From Candidatus Helarchaeota archaeon (lineage in GTDB: Archaea > Asgardarchaeota > Lokiarchaeia > Helarchaeales > RDOG01), in the NCBI GenBank assembly GCA_019058315.1, contig JAHPZH010000001.1, positions 725,069 through 789,068 of the forward strand: a stretch of 64,000 bases of DNA, written 5' to 3'. The first letter of the stretch is position 1, and each line of letters starts with the position of its first letter. Below, piece by piece: positions 41,551-52,272 of this stretch. Under the pieces are notes generated by a model. It worked only from the letters and a program-made list of their open reading frames with translations, ran no database searches and was not told the origin of the DNA. A program made the position numbers and the translations under genes.

Positions 41551-42477
41551 TTATTCTATTTCTTTTAATTTTTCTAATAATTCCCTTCCCCCTTGATATT
41601 GCATTTTATTAGCCAGTTTTTCTCCTAATATTAAATAGTCATTTGGTTTTCCAGAAATCTTCGATGTAATTCTTTTAGTTCCATCGATATCTAAAATTTC
41701 CGCTAATAAAATTAAATTATTTTCTTCAATTCTTCCCAAAACTCCAATTGGGATTTGACAACCTCCACCCAAAGTTTTAATAAATGAATTCTCCGCCATT
41801 ATTTCAAAAAAAGATTGTTGATGATTAATTTTTCCCAATAAATTTAAAATTTCTTTACTTTCTGAACGTGTTTCTACTGCTAGTGCCCCCTGACCAGCAG
41901 CGGGTAAAATAAAATCTGGAAGATCAAAAGTTTTGATTTCCAGATTTAGTCTTTGAACTCCAATCTTTGCCAAAATAATAGCATCATATTCACCATTATC
42001 TACTTTTTTAATCCTAGTGTCAACATTTCCCCTAATATTTTGAATTTCTATATCTTTTCTGAGAAATAAAGCTTGACTCCTTCTCCGAAAACTTCCCGTT
42101 CCTATGATTGAACCGCTTTTTAGCTCCTTTAAGCTTTTATTTTCTCTAGAATAAATAACGTCTTTATGTGTCTTCCTTTTCGGAATTGCTGCTAGAGTAA
42201 TCCCATTCGGTATCAGAGTAGGCAAATCTTTCATACTGTGAACACTTATATCAATCTCTTCTCCTAATAAAGCTTTATCAATTTCCTTAACAAAAACCCC
42301 TTTTTTTCCTAATTTATGAATTGGGGTTGAATTAAATTTGTCTGCATGAGTTTTGATTATTTTTAATTCAAAGGTAAATTTATCTGTAATTTTTTTTAAA
42401 TCTGCAATAACTTCTCTAGCTTGTATTTGTGCTAATTTGCTCCCCCTAGTCCCTATAATAAGCTTTTCTTTTGACAA
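41551..42477 (-). CDS. hemC: Porphobilinogen deaminase
   Basis: IGTRGSKLA, VHSMKDLP, IRGNVDTR, GGCQIP. Confidence 0.96.
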   Translation of the reverse strand: MSKEKLIIGTRGSKLAQIQAREVIADLKKITDKFTFELKIIKTHADKFNSTPIHKLGKKGVFVKEIDKALLGEEIDISVHSMKDLPTLIPNGITLAAIPKRKTHKDVIYSRENKSLKELKSGSIIGTGSFRRRSQALFLRKDIEIQNIRGNVDTRIKKVDNGEYDAIILAKIGVQRLNLEIKTFDLPDFILPAAGQGALAVETRSESKEILNLLGKINHQQSFFEIMAENSFIKTLGGGCQIPIGVLGRIEENNLILLAEILDIDGTKRITSKISGKPNDYLILGEKLANKMQYQGGRELLEKLKEIE

Positions 42478-42483
42478 AATTGA

Positions 42484-43803
42484 TTACCTTATCTTTTTAA
42501 AGACCTTTTCGGCAGCAAAAACAGTTTTTTCTATATCTTCAGGGGAATGTGCATTTGATAAGAAACAAGTTTCATAATTGCCAGGAGGTATAAAGACTCC
42601 TTCTTTGTGCATTTCTAAATAATATTGTTTAAACTTTTCATGGTCTGCTTTTTTACAAGTTTCATAATCATAAACTTCATTCTTCGTAAAGAAAATTTGC
42701 CACATTGATTCAATTTGATTGATAATAAGCTTTAATTTATTTCTTTCTGCTAAATCTTTTATTCTATTTGTTAAGTTTGCACATGAATCCTGAAGATTTT
42801 GATATATTTTTGGATTTTTTTGAAGTTTCTTTATTGCTGTTATACCAGCAAGAGTTGAAATGGGATTGCCAGAAAATGTACCAGCTTGATATATTTTTCC
42901 AGACCTTTTCTTATCAATTGATGCAGGTTTGATTCTTCCTGCTGGAGATATCATTTCCATAATTTCTTTCTTTCCCCCATATGCTCCTGTACAAAACCCA
43001 TGCCCTATTATCTTTCCCAAAGTTGTAATGTCTGGTAAAATATTGAAATATTCTTGAGCACCTCCTAGAGCTAATCGAAAACCAGTTATTATTTCATCAA
43101 AAATTAGTAAAGCATTATAATCATTCGTAATTTTTCGCAAAAAAGGAAGATAATCTCTTTTAGGAAGAACTACACCCATATTTCCAACTATTGGCTCAAC
43201 AATAATAGCTGCGATTTCATTTCCTAATTTCTGAAATGCCTTATCGATTGCATCAAAATCGTTATAAGGAATTATTAAGGTGTATTTTGCCAAATCTTCT
43301 GGAATACCTAATGAATCAGGAACACCAAATGTTGAGGCTCCAGAACCTGCTTTAACTAATACAGAATCATGAGCTCCATGGTAACAACCTTCAAATTTAA
43401 CAATATATTTTCTATTTGTAAATCCTCTTGTTAGTCTTATTGCACTCATTGTAGCCTCTGCACCACTGTTAACTAAACGGACCATTTCTATGCTTGGGAA
43501 AGCATTAATAATTAATTTTGCCAACTCATTTTCAAACAGAGTTGGTATTCCATACATTGTTCCTTTATCTAGCTGTGTTTTTACCGCTTTAATAATATCA
43601 GGATCGGCATGTCCAAATATTAAAGGTCCATACGCCATACAATAATCAATATAGGTGTTTCCATCTACATCTTTTATCCTACTTCCAGTTCCCTCCGAAA
43701 TGAAAAAAGGATATGGAGAAAAAGCTCTTACTGGACTATTTACGCCTCCGGGGATTAAATTAATTGCTTCCTCATATAATTGTTTTGAGGTTTCTGTATT
43801 CAT
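42484..43803 (-). CDS. hemL: Glutamate-1-semialdehyde 2,1-aminomutase
   Basis: PGGVNSPVRAF, FEGCYHG, FDEIITGFR, YQAGTFSGNP. Confidence 0.96.
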   Translation of the reverse strand: MNTETSKQLYEEAINLIPGGVNSPVRAFSPYPFFISEGTGSRIKDVDGNTYIDYCMAYGPLIFGHADPDIIKAVKTQLDKGTMYGIPTLFENELAKLIINAFPSIEMVRLVNSGAEATMSAIRLTRGFTNRKYIVKFEGCYHGAHDSVLVKAGSGASTFGVPDSLGIPEDLAKYTLIIPYNDFDAIDKAFQKLGNEIAAIIVEPIVGNMGVVLPKRDYLPFLRKITNDYNALLIFDEIITGFRLALGGAQEYFNILPDITTLGKIIGHGFCTGAYGGKKEIMEMISPAGRIKPASIDKKRSGKIYQAGTFSGNPISTLAGITAIKKLQKNPKIYQNLQDSCANLTNRIKDLAERNKLKLIINQIESMWQIFFTKNEVYDYETCKKADHEKFKQYYLEMHKEGVFIPPGNYETCFLSNAHSPEDIEKTVFAAEKVFKKIR

Positions 43804-43815
43804 TAATATAACTCC

Positions 43816-44805
43816 TTAATCAAGCCATTTTGCAACGTCTTTTGCAAAATAAGTTAAAATTAAATCTGCACCTGCTCGCTTTATTGAATTCAAAATCTCT
43901 AAAACTATCTTTTTTTCATCTATTAATCCTTGTGCAGCAGCAGCTTTTACCATACCGTATTCACCACTAACATTATATGCCGCAGTTGGATATTGAAATT
44001 GTGTTTTAACTCGATAGATAACATCCAAATATGATAATGCTGGTTTAACCATAATAATATCTGCACCCTCTTTTATATCAAGAGCAACTTCCCTAATTGC
44101 TTCATCGCTATTACGGTAATCCATTTGGTAAGAAGAGCGATCTCCAAATTGAGGAGAGGAAAAAGCAGCTCCTCGAAAAGGACCATAAAAATTTGAAGCA
44201 TATTTTGCTGCATAACTTAAAATTATTGTATCTTGTTTCTTATTTTCATCAAGTTTTTTACGTATAGCTCGAACTCTACCATCCATCATATCACTTGGTG
44301 CTACAATATCCGCCCCTGCCTCAGCATGACTTAAAGCGGTTTTAGCTAATAATTCTAAAGTGGGATCATTTAAAATTATTCCATTTTCAACAATTCCACA
44401 ATGTCCATGGCTCATATATTGACATAAACAGACATCTGTGGCAACTAGAATTTTATTACCTAATTCTTCTTTGATACTTCTAACCGCCTTCTGAACAATA
44501 CCTTCTGATGCATATGCATAGCTTGCCTTCTCATCTTTATGTTTTGGAATTCCAAATAAAATGATTGCTGGTATTCCGAGATCCGCAACTGATTTCACTT
44601 CATCTGTAATTGTATCAAGAGGATAATGGTATAGTCCAGGCATTGTACTAATCTCTTGAATTGAATTTATGTCTTCTCTAACGAATAAAGGATATATTAA
44701 ATCAGTTTTTAATAGTTTAGTTTCTGCTATCATATTTCTAATGGAAGGGAATTGCCTTAATCTTCGAAACCTTAAATTTGGATATTTAGCACCCATTTTT
44801 ATCAT
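43816..44805 (-). CDS. hemB: Porphobilinogen synthase (Zn type)
   Basis: [36 protein letters not shown]. Confidence 0.97.
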   Translation of the reverse strand: MIKMGAKYPNLRFRRLRQFPSIRNMIAETKLLKTDLIYPLFVREDINSIQEISTMPGLYHYPLDTITDEVKSVADLGIPAIILFGIPKHKDEKASYAYASEGIVQKAVRSIKEELGNKILVATDVCLCQYMSHGHCGIVENGIILNDPTLELLAKTALSHAEAGADIVAPSDMMDGRVRAIRKKLDENKKQDTIILSYAAKYASNFYGPFRGAAFSSPQFGDRSSYQMDYRNSDEAIREVALDIKEGADIIMVKPALSYLDVIYRVKTQFQYPTAAYNVSGEYGMVKAAAAQGLIDEKKIVLEILNSIKRAGADLILTYFAKDVAKWLD

Positions 44806-44940
44806 CCAAAGTTAAATGTAAAACATAATTAATATTGTAAGTTAATCCCAATTGATTTATTAAATTTTAAATTATTAATTAAAATTCACATAAATATTTA
44901 ACATTTTAATCATATTGATTTTGTTAAGAGGTAGATAAAT

Positions 44941-45309
44941 ATGGATAAAGATGAAATATTGGATTTATTGCTTCAAGATAAGGAACAGTTACAGTTTTTT
45001 TATAAAATAAAGATGAAAGATATATGGATTACAAGTGATTATGGTTTTAGAACCCTCCTTATTACAAATAAAAGAATGATAATTATATCGAAATTTTGGT
45101 TTAATTTTCCAAAATTTGCGATTCTTCCTAAGAATAAGATTATTAATGTAGCTCTTAAAAAAGATTGGATAGCTATAAAATGGAAGTGGAATAATAATAG
45201 AGGTAAGTTTAAATTTCGAATTAGTGAAAAAGATAAAATAAAACGTAGAACCTTAAGCAAAAATATTTATGAAAATCTATCTGAAATAAGTTTATCCCAA
45301 ACCTCCTAA
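44941..45309 (+). CDS. Small hypothetical protein, possibly PH-like fold
   Basis: LLITNKRMII strand motif; SD-like GAGGT upstream. Confidence 0.55.
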   Translation: MDKDEILDLLLQDKEQLQFFYKIKMKDIWITSDYGFRTLLITNKRMIIISKFWFNFPKFAILPKNKIINVALKKDWIAIKWKWNNNRGKFKFRISEKDKIKRRTLSKNIYENLSEISLSQTS

Positions 45310-45431
45310 ATTTTCCTTAGGCGTGAAAAAAGTCTAATATTAATTATAAAATTATAAAATTTTATTCATTTAAGATATATTTATTCATATTTTAATTTCT
45401 ATTTTAATTATAATTATCAGAAGGGCTGAAT

Positions 45432-45998
45432 TTGAGTTTGGAAGATATTGAAATCAATTATAAACTTTGGTTAAAACGAAAAAAAGAAAATATATTAGGT
45501 AAGGGTGGAGCTGCTCTATTGGAAAATATCGATAAGTTAGGAGATATAGGAAAAGCAGCTAAAGAATTGGGGTATTCCTACAAATATGCATGGAATATAT
45601 TACAAAAAATTAAAAAACGATTTGGAGAAAATCCAGTTGAAACTTTTAAGGGTGGAATAGGTGGAGGTGGAGGGTCAAAAATCACCGAATTTGGAAGACG
45701 CTTAATTAATTATTATCGTACTTTTGAAAATTATATTACTGATGCTTTAAATAATTCTGATTTGTGGCAATCATACGGTTTAAAATCGACTGAAAAAAAT
45801 GATATTACCGGGAAAGTAATCGATATTAAAAAAGATGAAAATGTAGCTATTTTAAAAATCGAAATCGACATTCCTACTCAAATTACCTCAATTATTACAA
45901 AAGAAGCAGTAAATGATCTAGAACTTAAAATCGGAAAAGAAATTCTTACAGTTATTAAAGCAACTGAAATTCAAATAGGAAAGGAGGGTATTTTTTGA
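45432..45998 (+). CDS. modE: ModE-family molybdate/tungstate-responsive regulator (HTH plus TOBE)
   Basis: LLENID...AAKELGYSYKYAW, KGGIGGGGSKITEFG, SIITKEAVNDLEL...IKATE. Confidence 0.88.
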   Translation: MSLEDIEINYKLWLKRKKENILGKGGAALLENIDKLGDIGKAAKELGYSYKYAWNILQKIKKRFGENPVETFKGGIGGGGGSKITEFGRRLINYYRTFENYITDALNNSDLWQSYGLKSTEKNDITGKVIDIKKDENVAILKIEIDIPTQITSIITKEAVNDLELKIGKEILTVIKATEIQIGKEGIF

Positions 45999-46204
45999 AA
46001 ATTAGCGCTCGAAATAAAATACTTGGGAAGATTAGAGCACTAGAAGATAAGGGCTTAATTTTTAATGTGAGAGTTCAACCTAGCGAATCTGCCATTATAA
46101 CTGCTGTAATAACAAGAGAAGCAGCTGAACAAATGAAAATTAAGAAGAATGATTTAGTAAAAGTAGTAATTAAACCAACAGAAGTAATGATCCAACAGAA
46201 ATAA
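45995..46204 (+). CDS. Molbindin / TOBE (Mop) protein
   Basis: MKISARN, ITAVIT, VIKPTEVM. Confidence 0.9.
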   Translation: MKISARNKILGKIRALEDKGLIFNVRVQPSESAIITAVITREAAEQMKIKKNDLVKVVIKPTEVMIQQK

Positions 46205-46226
46205 ATAATGATAAAAAATAAAGAAA

Positions 46227-46898
46227 TTATACTATTGGCTTTAATACCCAGTATTCCATCTCGGTCGGAAGAGTTTCTTTTGTTACTTCAACCTCAGAAA
46301 TGGCTATTTTCTTAACGTTTTTCTTGTCTTTGATAAATTTATCTACTGTACTTAATGCACTAAACATGGATGCCATGCCTTCATGATAATAATGCATAGG
46401 GATTACAGCTTTTGGATTAAGTTGGTTAACTACTTCAGTAGCTTTTACAGGATCAATAGTAAAAACTCCTCCCACTGGGATTAATAAAATGTCAATCTCC
46501 CCAATCTCTTTCAGTTGTTCATCTGTTAAAGTATGTCCAAGATCACCACAATGACACAGCGTTATACCATCTACAGTAAATACATAGACTGTATTTTGAC
46601 CTCTTGCAGATCCACCCTTGTCATCATGAGCTGTGGCTACACCTTTGACTTTTACACCCTTAAGATTTTCAAATGTCTTATTTTGCCATTTGAGAATTTC
46701 TGCTCCTTCATTACACATTTTTTGAGCTACCTTACGGTCATAGTGGTCTCCATGATTATGAGAGCTCAAAATAATATCTGCACATATATCTGGCGTCACT
46801 AGACCGACCATTTTTCCGTTAAAAGGATCCGTAGCTATGACTACATTTTTACCTGTGATTTCAAAACAGTTATGTCCACACCATCGAATTTTTACCAA
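46227..46898 (-). CDS. Metallo-beta-lactamase-fold hydrolase
   Basis: SHNHGDH, HCGDLGH, IPVGG, IPMHY. Confidence 0.9.
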   Translation of the reverse strand: MVKIRWCGHNCFEITGKNVVIATDPFNGKMVGLVTPDICADIILSSHNHGDHYDRKVAQKMCNEGAEILKWQNKTFENLKGVKVKGVATAHDDKGGSARGQNTVYVFTVDGITLCHCGDLGHTLTDEQLKEIGEIDILLIPVGGVFTIDPVKATEVVNQLNPKAVIPMHYYHEGMASMFSALSTVDKFIKDKKNVKKIAISEVEVTKETLPTEMEYWVLKPIV

Positions 46899-47066
46899 TT
46901 AATTCACCTCAAGAATTAAAATTGATCTTAATTAAAATTATACCAATTATAAAATTATTCAATTAAAAAATTTTTTCGGAGTTAGAATGAAATTAGACCA
47001 TATAATAAGTTAAAATTAAGGTTAAAAATAAGAACTGATTATTATGTATTAATAATTATCTGGTTC

Positions 47067-47792
47067 TTGTATTTTTTTACGATATCATGTATATTATTAC
47101 TTGGGCGCTATAATACTGTATATAATGGCTTTTCAAATGCTTTTTCATTTGCCTTATTATTTGCTTTTATTCCATTTGGTTTATCATTAGGAGTTATTGG
47201 TGATAGGTTTTATGCTCAATTGGAACTTCAAAATTACAAAAATGAAGAAATGGAGTTAAAAAAAATCCAATATGAATTAAATAAAGAAGATAAAATAAGA
47301 ATTATATTGATTATAATAACAACTGTAATTACAATACCATATATTAATGCTCTAACTGGAATATGTATAGTTGGTGTAAATATAACTATTCCCCTATTAG
47401 GAATAGAAGGGTTAAAAGCACAAATTTGGCCATTTTTTCCTACTCATTTAGGTCTTAATCATGGTTGGTTAGGGTATTTTCTAATTATTAGCGCTATTTT
47501 AAACTCAAAAATTGAAAAATTATTTAGATATTCAATTGTTTCAGATTGGATTGTATTTGGATTTTGTTTTTTAGCAATATGGGGTACTGGATGGTTAATA
47601 AATGACTTTGTAAGTGAAGAAATTGCCCCAATATTTCAAGGAGCTTATTTTCCATTTCTTACACCCTCTAGAAGTGATTTATTTAAATTTGAATTACTTA
47701 TCCAAATTATAATAGTTTTTACTCTAGCTTATATCATGTATCATTTTGGTTGGAAGAAATATTATCGTCCTTTAATAATAAAAAAGAGTTGA
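47067..47792 (+). CDS. Multi-pass membrane protein with HxGxxHG motif (start uncertain)
   Basis: Several TM helices; THLGLNHGW. Confidence 0.7.
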   Translation: MYFFTISCILLLGRYNTVYNGFSNAFSFALLFAFIPFGLSLGVIGDRFYAQLELQNYKNEEMELKKIQYELNKEDKIRIILIIITTVITIPYINALTGICIVGVNITIPLLGIEGLKAQIWPFFPTHLGLNHGWLGYFLIISAILNSKIEKLFRYSIVSDWIVFGFCFLAIWGTGWLINDFVSEEIAPIFQGAYFPFLTPSRSDLFKFELLIQIIIVFTLAYIMYHFGWKKYYRPLIIKKS

Positions 47793-48001
47793 GCTATTTG
47801 GAAGAACAGATCAAAAATCTATGTGTTATTTGTGGGGAAAATTTAATTGATGAAAAAGGAGAACAAAAGAAGTTTGAAACTTACGCAAATTATGCAAAAA
47901 TCTGTTATGATTGCCTTTTTTTACCTATAAAATGTGTAAAAGGAAACGTAACTTTAAATGATGTAATTAGAAGAGTCAGTTTGTTACGAAGATCTTATTA
48001 A
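47789..48001 (+). CDS. Small zinc-finger protein
   Basis: CVIC...CYDC; TTG start overlapping the upstream stop (TTGA). Confidence 0.6.
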   Translation: MSYLEEQIKNLCVICGENLIDEKGEQKKFETYANYAKICYDCLFLPIKCVKGNVTLNDVIRRVSLLRRSY

Positions 48002-48056
48002 TTTTTATATTAGTTGGTTTGTAGATTAATTTTCAAAATTTGTATTAACTAGATAA

Positions 48057-49169
48057 TTGAATAAAATGGAAACGATAAATTCTATAAAACATAAAAAAGC
48101 CCCAATAAAAAGAATTAGGTCTATAGATACTGTAAGGGGGATGGCTACCATGGAAATGATAATTTATCATTTTGTTACATGGTATATACCCCAGATTCCA
48201 AAATATTCCTTGATACATTTCATTGTTATTACGATTTTTGGGCATACTCTTCGGTTTTGTTTTGTTACAATACCTGCAATGGGTGTAAGTTTACAACTTT
48301 ATCGAGGTAAAAAAGATGGAACTGATGAAAGTTTAATTAGAAAATCAATATTTAAAAGAGGTTTGTTGTTAATTATAATACAATTTATTTGTAATTTTTT
48401 TGGATGGCATCCTTTTTTTATTTGGAACTCTTTTATTTTATCTTTTGTGGGAATATCCATAATTGTTGCCTATTATGTTTCAAAACTTTCACATCGAATA
48501 AGAATTATTTTAATTGTAATTATTGCTTTGATAACCCCATTCTTAAAATTCTATTTATCCCCCATCCAATTTCAAAGCGGATTTGTTCAAAATGTATGGA
48601 CTATCGACACTTTTTTGTATAGTATGTTCCTACAGGTGGATTTTCCAATCTTACCTTATATCTCATTTTCAATTTTTGGGACAATTTTTACAGAAAAGAT
48701 GATTAAAGCCATTGAGACCGAATCAGAAGAGAAATTCATAAAAAATTCTCTTATCATAGCGATAATTTCATTAGTCTTATATGGAATATTTACGAATTTT
48801 AGATCCATTATTAATTATCCAGATTTTTTTCTTGGTAACCCTCCTCGTCAAGATATATTATTTGCATTAGGTTCAGTGATTTTATTTGTCACAATTTTTT
48901 TCTGGATTCAGGATTGGGAGCAAGTGGAGGTGAAGGCATTAGAAATTTTTGAAATATTTGGTAGTATTTCTCTAACTACCTTTATTACTCATTATTATAT
49001 TTTCCAAAGGATTTTCGACTCGATTTATGACCCATGGTTGAATTTGGATCCATATTCTGTTTATTTGTTAAGTATAATATTATGGATTAGTCATGCTATT
49101 TATGGTATTATAGTTTTAAGGAATAAAAGGAAATATAGTGTAGAATGGTTTATTAGATGCTGCGTGTAA
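48057..49169 (+). CDS. DUF1624 / HGSNAT-like transmembrane acyltransferase
   Basis: RIRSIDTVRG..MIIYH, FPILPY, SLTTFITH, VEWFIR. Confidence 0.8.
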   Translation: MNKMETINSIKHKKAPIKRIRSIDTVRGMATMEMIIYHFVTWYIPQIPKYSLIHFIVITIFGHTLRFCFVTIPAMGVSLQLYRGKKDGTDESLIRKSIFKRGLLLIIIQFICNFFGWHPFFIWNSFILSFVGISIIVAYYVSKLSHRIRIILIVIIALITPFLKFYLSPIQFQSGFVQNVWTIDTFLYSMFLQVDFPILPYISFSIFGTIFTEKMIKAIETESEEKFIKNSLIIAIISLVLYGIFTNFRSIINYPDFFLGNPPRQDILFALGSVILFVTIFFWIQDWEQVEVKALEIFEIFGSISLTTFITHYYIFQRIFDSIYDPWLNLDPYSVYLLSIILWISHAIYGIIVLRNKRKYSVEWFIRCCV

Positions 49170-49243
49170 TTTAATCTGATATTTATAATTATATAAAGGA
49201 GGTTATAAAAATCGGAAAGGATAAAATATTATACGAAGGACAA

Positions 49244-49507
49244 TTGAGTGGAACAATTGAACAAATAGGTGGTTCGGGAGTTTTTAGTTCAGCTGGTACA
49301 GTAAAAATTAAATTAGATCAACCTATAATGGAAATACAAGAAGTAATTGCCAAATCAAGACATTTCAATGAGTTTCCATTTAATGAAGGAGATGTGGTTA
49401 AGATTCAAGGGAAATTATTTCGAAAATATATACCATTTTGGGACAAGGAATACGTAATGTTGTCAGCAGAACACACATGGAATGAAACAACTGGATTTGG
49501 CTGGTAA
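49244..49507 (+). CDS. Small hypothetical protein (OB-fold-like)
   Basis: PFNEGDVVKIQG beta-strand pattern; purine-rich RBS-like sequence upstream. Confidence 0.6.
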   Translation: MSGTIEQIGGSGVFSSAGTVKIKLDQPIMEIQEVIAKSRHFNEFPFNEGDVVKIQGKLFRKYIPFWDKEYVMLSAEHTWNETTGFGW

Positions 49508-49552
49508 ATATTTTAAATTACCATTTTTTTATCAACAATTGAGCTTGATATC

Positions 49553-50896
49553 ATGGCTAAACAAAATATTATTTTTATTTTATCTGATCAGCAACGCCAT
49601 GATTCTATGGGATGTTATGGTCAAGAATTAGAGGTAACACCCAATCTTGATAATTTTGCAAAAAATGGTGTAATATTTACTCATGCATTTACATGTCAAC
49701 CAGTTTGCGGACCCGCCCGTTCTTGTATCCAGACTGGTCTTTATGCTACTGAAACAGGCTGTTTTAGAAATGGAATTCCTCTGCCAATTAGTGATAAAAA
49801 TATAGCTAATTATTTTTCTTCTAATGGTTATGAAGTTGGATATATTGGAAAATGGCACCTTGCAAGTTATGTAAATGTAAATATATTCAAAAGGAGTAAA
49901 GAGCAACAATATATAAATAGAGGGGTAACCCCAGAACTTCGAGGAGGTTACAAAGATTACTGGCTTGCTTCTGATTTGTTAGAATTTACCTCACATGGTT
50001 ATGATGGTTATTTATTTGATAAAAATATGAAAAAAGTTGAATTTGAGGGCTATCGGGTAGATTGTTTAACTGATTTCGTATTGGAGTATTTAGAAACCCG
50101 TGACGGAAAGAAACCGTTTTTTCTTTTTATTTCATATTTAGAACCTCATCATCAGAACGATCATAACCAGTTTGAGGGACCCATTGGAAGTAAGGAAAAA
50201 TTCAAAGATTATAAAATACCAGGTGACCTTGAAGATACTAAAGGAGATTGGCGTGAGAATTATCCCGATTATTTAGGATGCTGTAATAGTATTGATAAAA
50301 ATTTTGGGCGGATTTATAACAAACTCAATGAAGTGGGAGTTTTAGAAAATACTCTTATAATTTACACAAGCGATCACGGATGCCATTTTAGAACGAGAAA
50401 TAGCGAATACAAACGTTCCGCTCACGAAGCATCAGTCCATATACCACTGATAATCAATGGTCCTAAATTTCAAGGTGGGAAAAAAATAACTGAACTTGTA
50501 AGTCTAATTGATCTACCTCCTACTTTATTAACAGCGGGAGGAATTGATGTTCCAAAACATATGAAAGGAAGATCTTTGCATTCTTTAGTTAATGGTACTC
50601 CAAAAGACTGGCCACAAGAGATTTTTATTCAAATAAGTGAAAGCCAAATTGGAAGGGCTATTCGCACAAAAAGATGGAAATATAGTGTCAAAGCAAAATC
50701 TAGACGAGGATTTTATGATTCCAGTGCTAAAGAGTATGAAGAAGAACTTCTGTATGACCTAGAAAATGATATATATGAGAAAAATAACCTTATTAAAGAT
50801 CCAAATTATTCAGAACTTCGTGTTAAATTGGCAAATATATTGAAGAAAAAAATGGTTGAGGCGGATGAAGAAGTTCCAAAAATAAAACCTTTATAA
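49553..50896 (+). CDS. Cys-type sulfatase
   Basis: SDQQR, CGPARS (CxPxR), GKWHL, PHH, SDHG. Confidence 0.93.
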   Translation: MAKQNIIFILSDQQRHDSMGCYGQELEVTPNLDNFAKNGVIFTHAFTCQPVCGPARSCIQTGLYATETGCFRNGIPLPISDKNIANYFSSNGYEVGYIGKWHLASYVNVNIFKRSKEQQYINRGVTPELRGGYKDYWLASDLLEFTSHGYDGYLFDKNMKKVEFEGYRVDCLTDFVLEYLETRDGKKPFFLFISYLEPHHQNDHNQFEGPIGSKEKFKDYKIPGDLEDTKGDWRENYPDYLGCCNSIDKNFGRIYNKLNEVGVLENTLIIYTSDHGCHFRTRNSEYKRSAHEASVHIPLIINGPKFQGGKKITELVSLIDLPPTLLTAGGIDVPKHMKGRSLHSLVNGTPKDWPQEIFIQISESQIGRAIRTKRWKYSVKAKSRRGFYDSSAKEYEEELLYDLENDIYEKNNLIKDPNYSELRVKLANILKKKMVEADEEVPKIKPL

Positions 50897-50905
50897 TCCG
50901 AGTTA

Positions 50906-52168
50906 TTAAGGTTCCTTTTCTAAAATCAACCTAACTTTTTTCAAATTATCGCATGCTATTTGATATTTTCCTTGTATAAAATTATGCCATGCGGCTTGAA
51001 ATAACTCATCCAATCCCTCTGGAGATTTATATTTTGGATTGTCCAATCTAGGCATGGCTTTAGTTGAAACTAATGCAAATTCAGACCATATTTCTTCAAA
51101 ATTTTTTGGTAATCTAGGAATTCTTTCTTCTAAAGGTGGAAAAGGAGGAAATTTCTTGTGGGGTTCTTTTTGATACCAATAAGCCACACTTGAATAATCA
51201 TTCTCAAAATTATTCGCATGACCATGTTCAATTGTCCATCTGATTCTTTTTTTAAACCTTATAGGATCATGGATATACCAGCGATACATCCCGTTATTTC
51301 CCGAATAATCCATATTTTCAATAAGGTGAAATCCTGTGTACGGACCCGAATATTCATGTTTTGGGCTTGCTCCACCTCCAAAAATTTCTTCGGAACCTGT
51401 ACCGTGAATCGAAGGAGGCCAAGTATCATCATCAATAAAAATCATGTCATCTCCTTCTCCGTACCAACCTCCAGCTATATTATCTATATTCAGTAATAAT
51501 CCTGCAAGTTGACCATCTCCCTCAGCATCTAATATAACATAATTATCTTCACCAGTTAGATTTTTTCCACTCCATAGCTGTAAATTTTTCTTTCTCTTTG
51601 GTATTTTATCAGAAACTTTGGTTATTTTCTCTCTATTCCATAAAGCATGAAAATAGCCTATGTCTTTTGATAATGGCTCATTTAATTTTTCGTAATCTAT
51701 ATGATAACAAAATGCACAAGGAATTCCCCCTAATGTTGAAGGTCCTTGGTTTTCTATTTCAATTTTTGCATGATTTGAAAATGGCATTGGAAAATAAATG
51801 TTATATCCATAACTTCCCGCAATCCCTCTATTAATTGTTATCATTAAGGATTTTAATGTTCGCAACCTACAGTTACTTATACCAAAAAAATCACCCAAGG
51901 GAACTTCAACACTTGGATTTTTTTCATCATCCCAGTACATTCTTATAATTGCATACCTACCTTCTAGAGGGCTCTGAAGCATAGTATCCACGAAAAAATG
52001 TTTTATTATACCCGGTCCTTCTATATCCGCTAAAATTCTTGTTTTTTTGCTTCCAATTTGAAAAAAATCAAAATTTCTTCCATGTCTATTCCAGCTAGAA
52101 GCACGATGGTTACTTTTATTTGTTAATCTAAAAAGACTTGAGAGTATATCTGAATTCATATTAATCAT
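50906..52168 (-). CDS. DUF2961 (GH172-like) glycoside hydrolase
   Basis: YWDDEKNPSVEVPLGDFFG, WYGEGDDMIFID, GTGSEE, IEHGHAN, SVAYWYQ. Confidence 0.9.
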   Translation of the reverse strand: MINMNSDILSSLFRLTNKSNHRASSWNRHGRNFDFFQIGSKKTRILADIEGPGIIKHFFVDTMLQSPLEGRYAIIRMYWDDEKNPSVEVPLGDFFGISNCRLRTLKSLMITINRGIAGSYGYNIYFPMPFSNHAKIEIENQGPSTLGGIPCAFCYHIDYEKLNEPLSKDIGYFHALWNREKITKVSDKIPKRKKNLQLWSGKNLTGEDNYVILDAEGDGQLAGLLLNIDNIAGGWYGEGDDMIFIDDDTWPPSIHGTGSEEIFGGGASPKHEYSGPYTGFHLIENMDYSGNNGMYRWYIHDPIRFKKRIRWTIEHGHANNFENDYSSVAYWYQKEPHKKFPPFPPLEERIPRLPKNFEEIWSEFALVSTKAMPRLDNPKYKSPEGLDELFQAAWHNFIQGKYQIACDNLKKVRLILEKEP

Positions 52169-52272
52169 CCTTAATTATTTTTTATTTTTAACGTAAAATG
52201 GAATTAATAATAGAATTGATTTATTTTTAACATAATTAAATATTATATTCAATATTCTAATATTAGAAAAAA

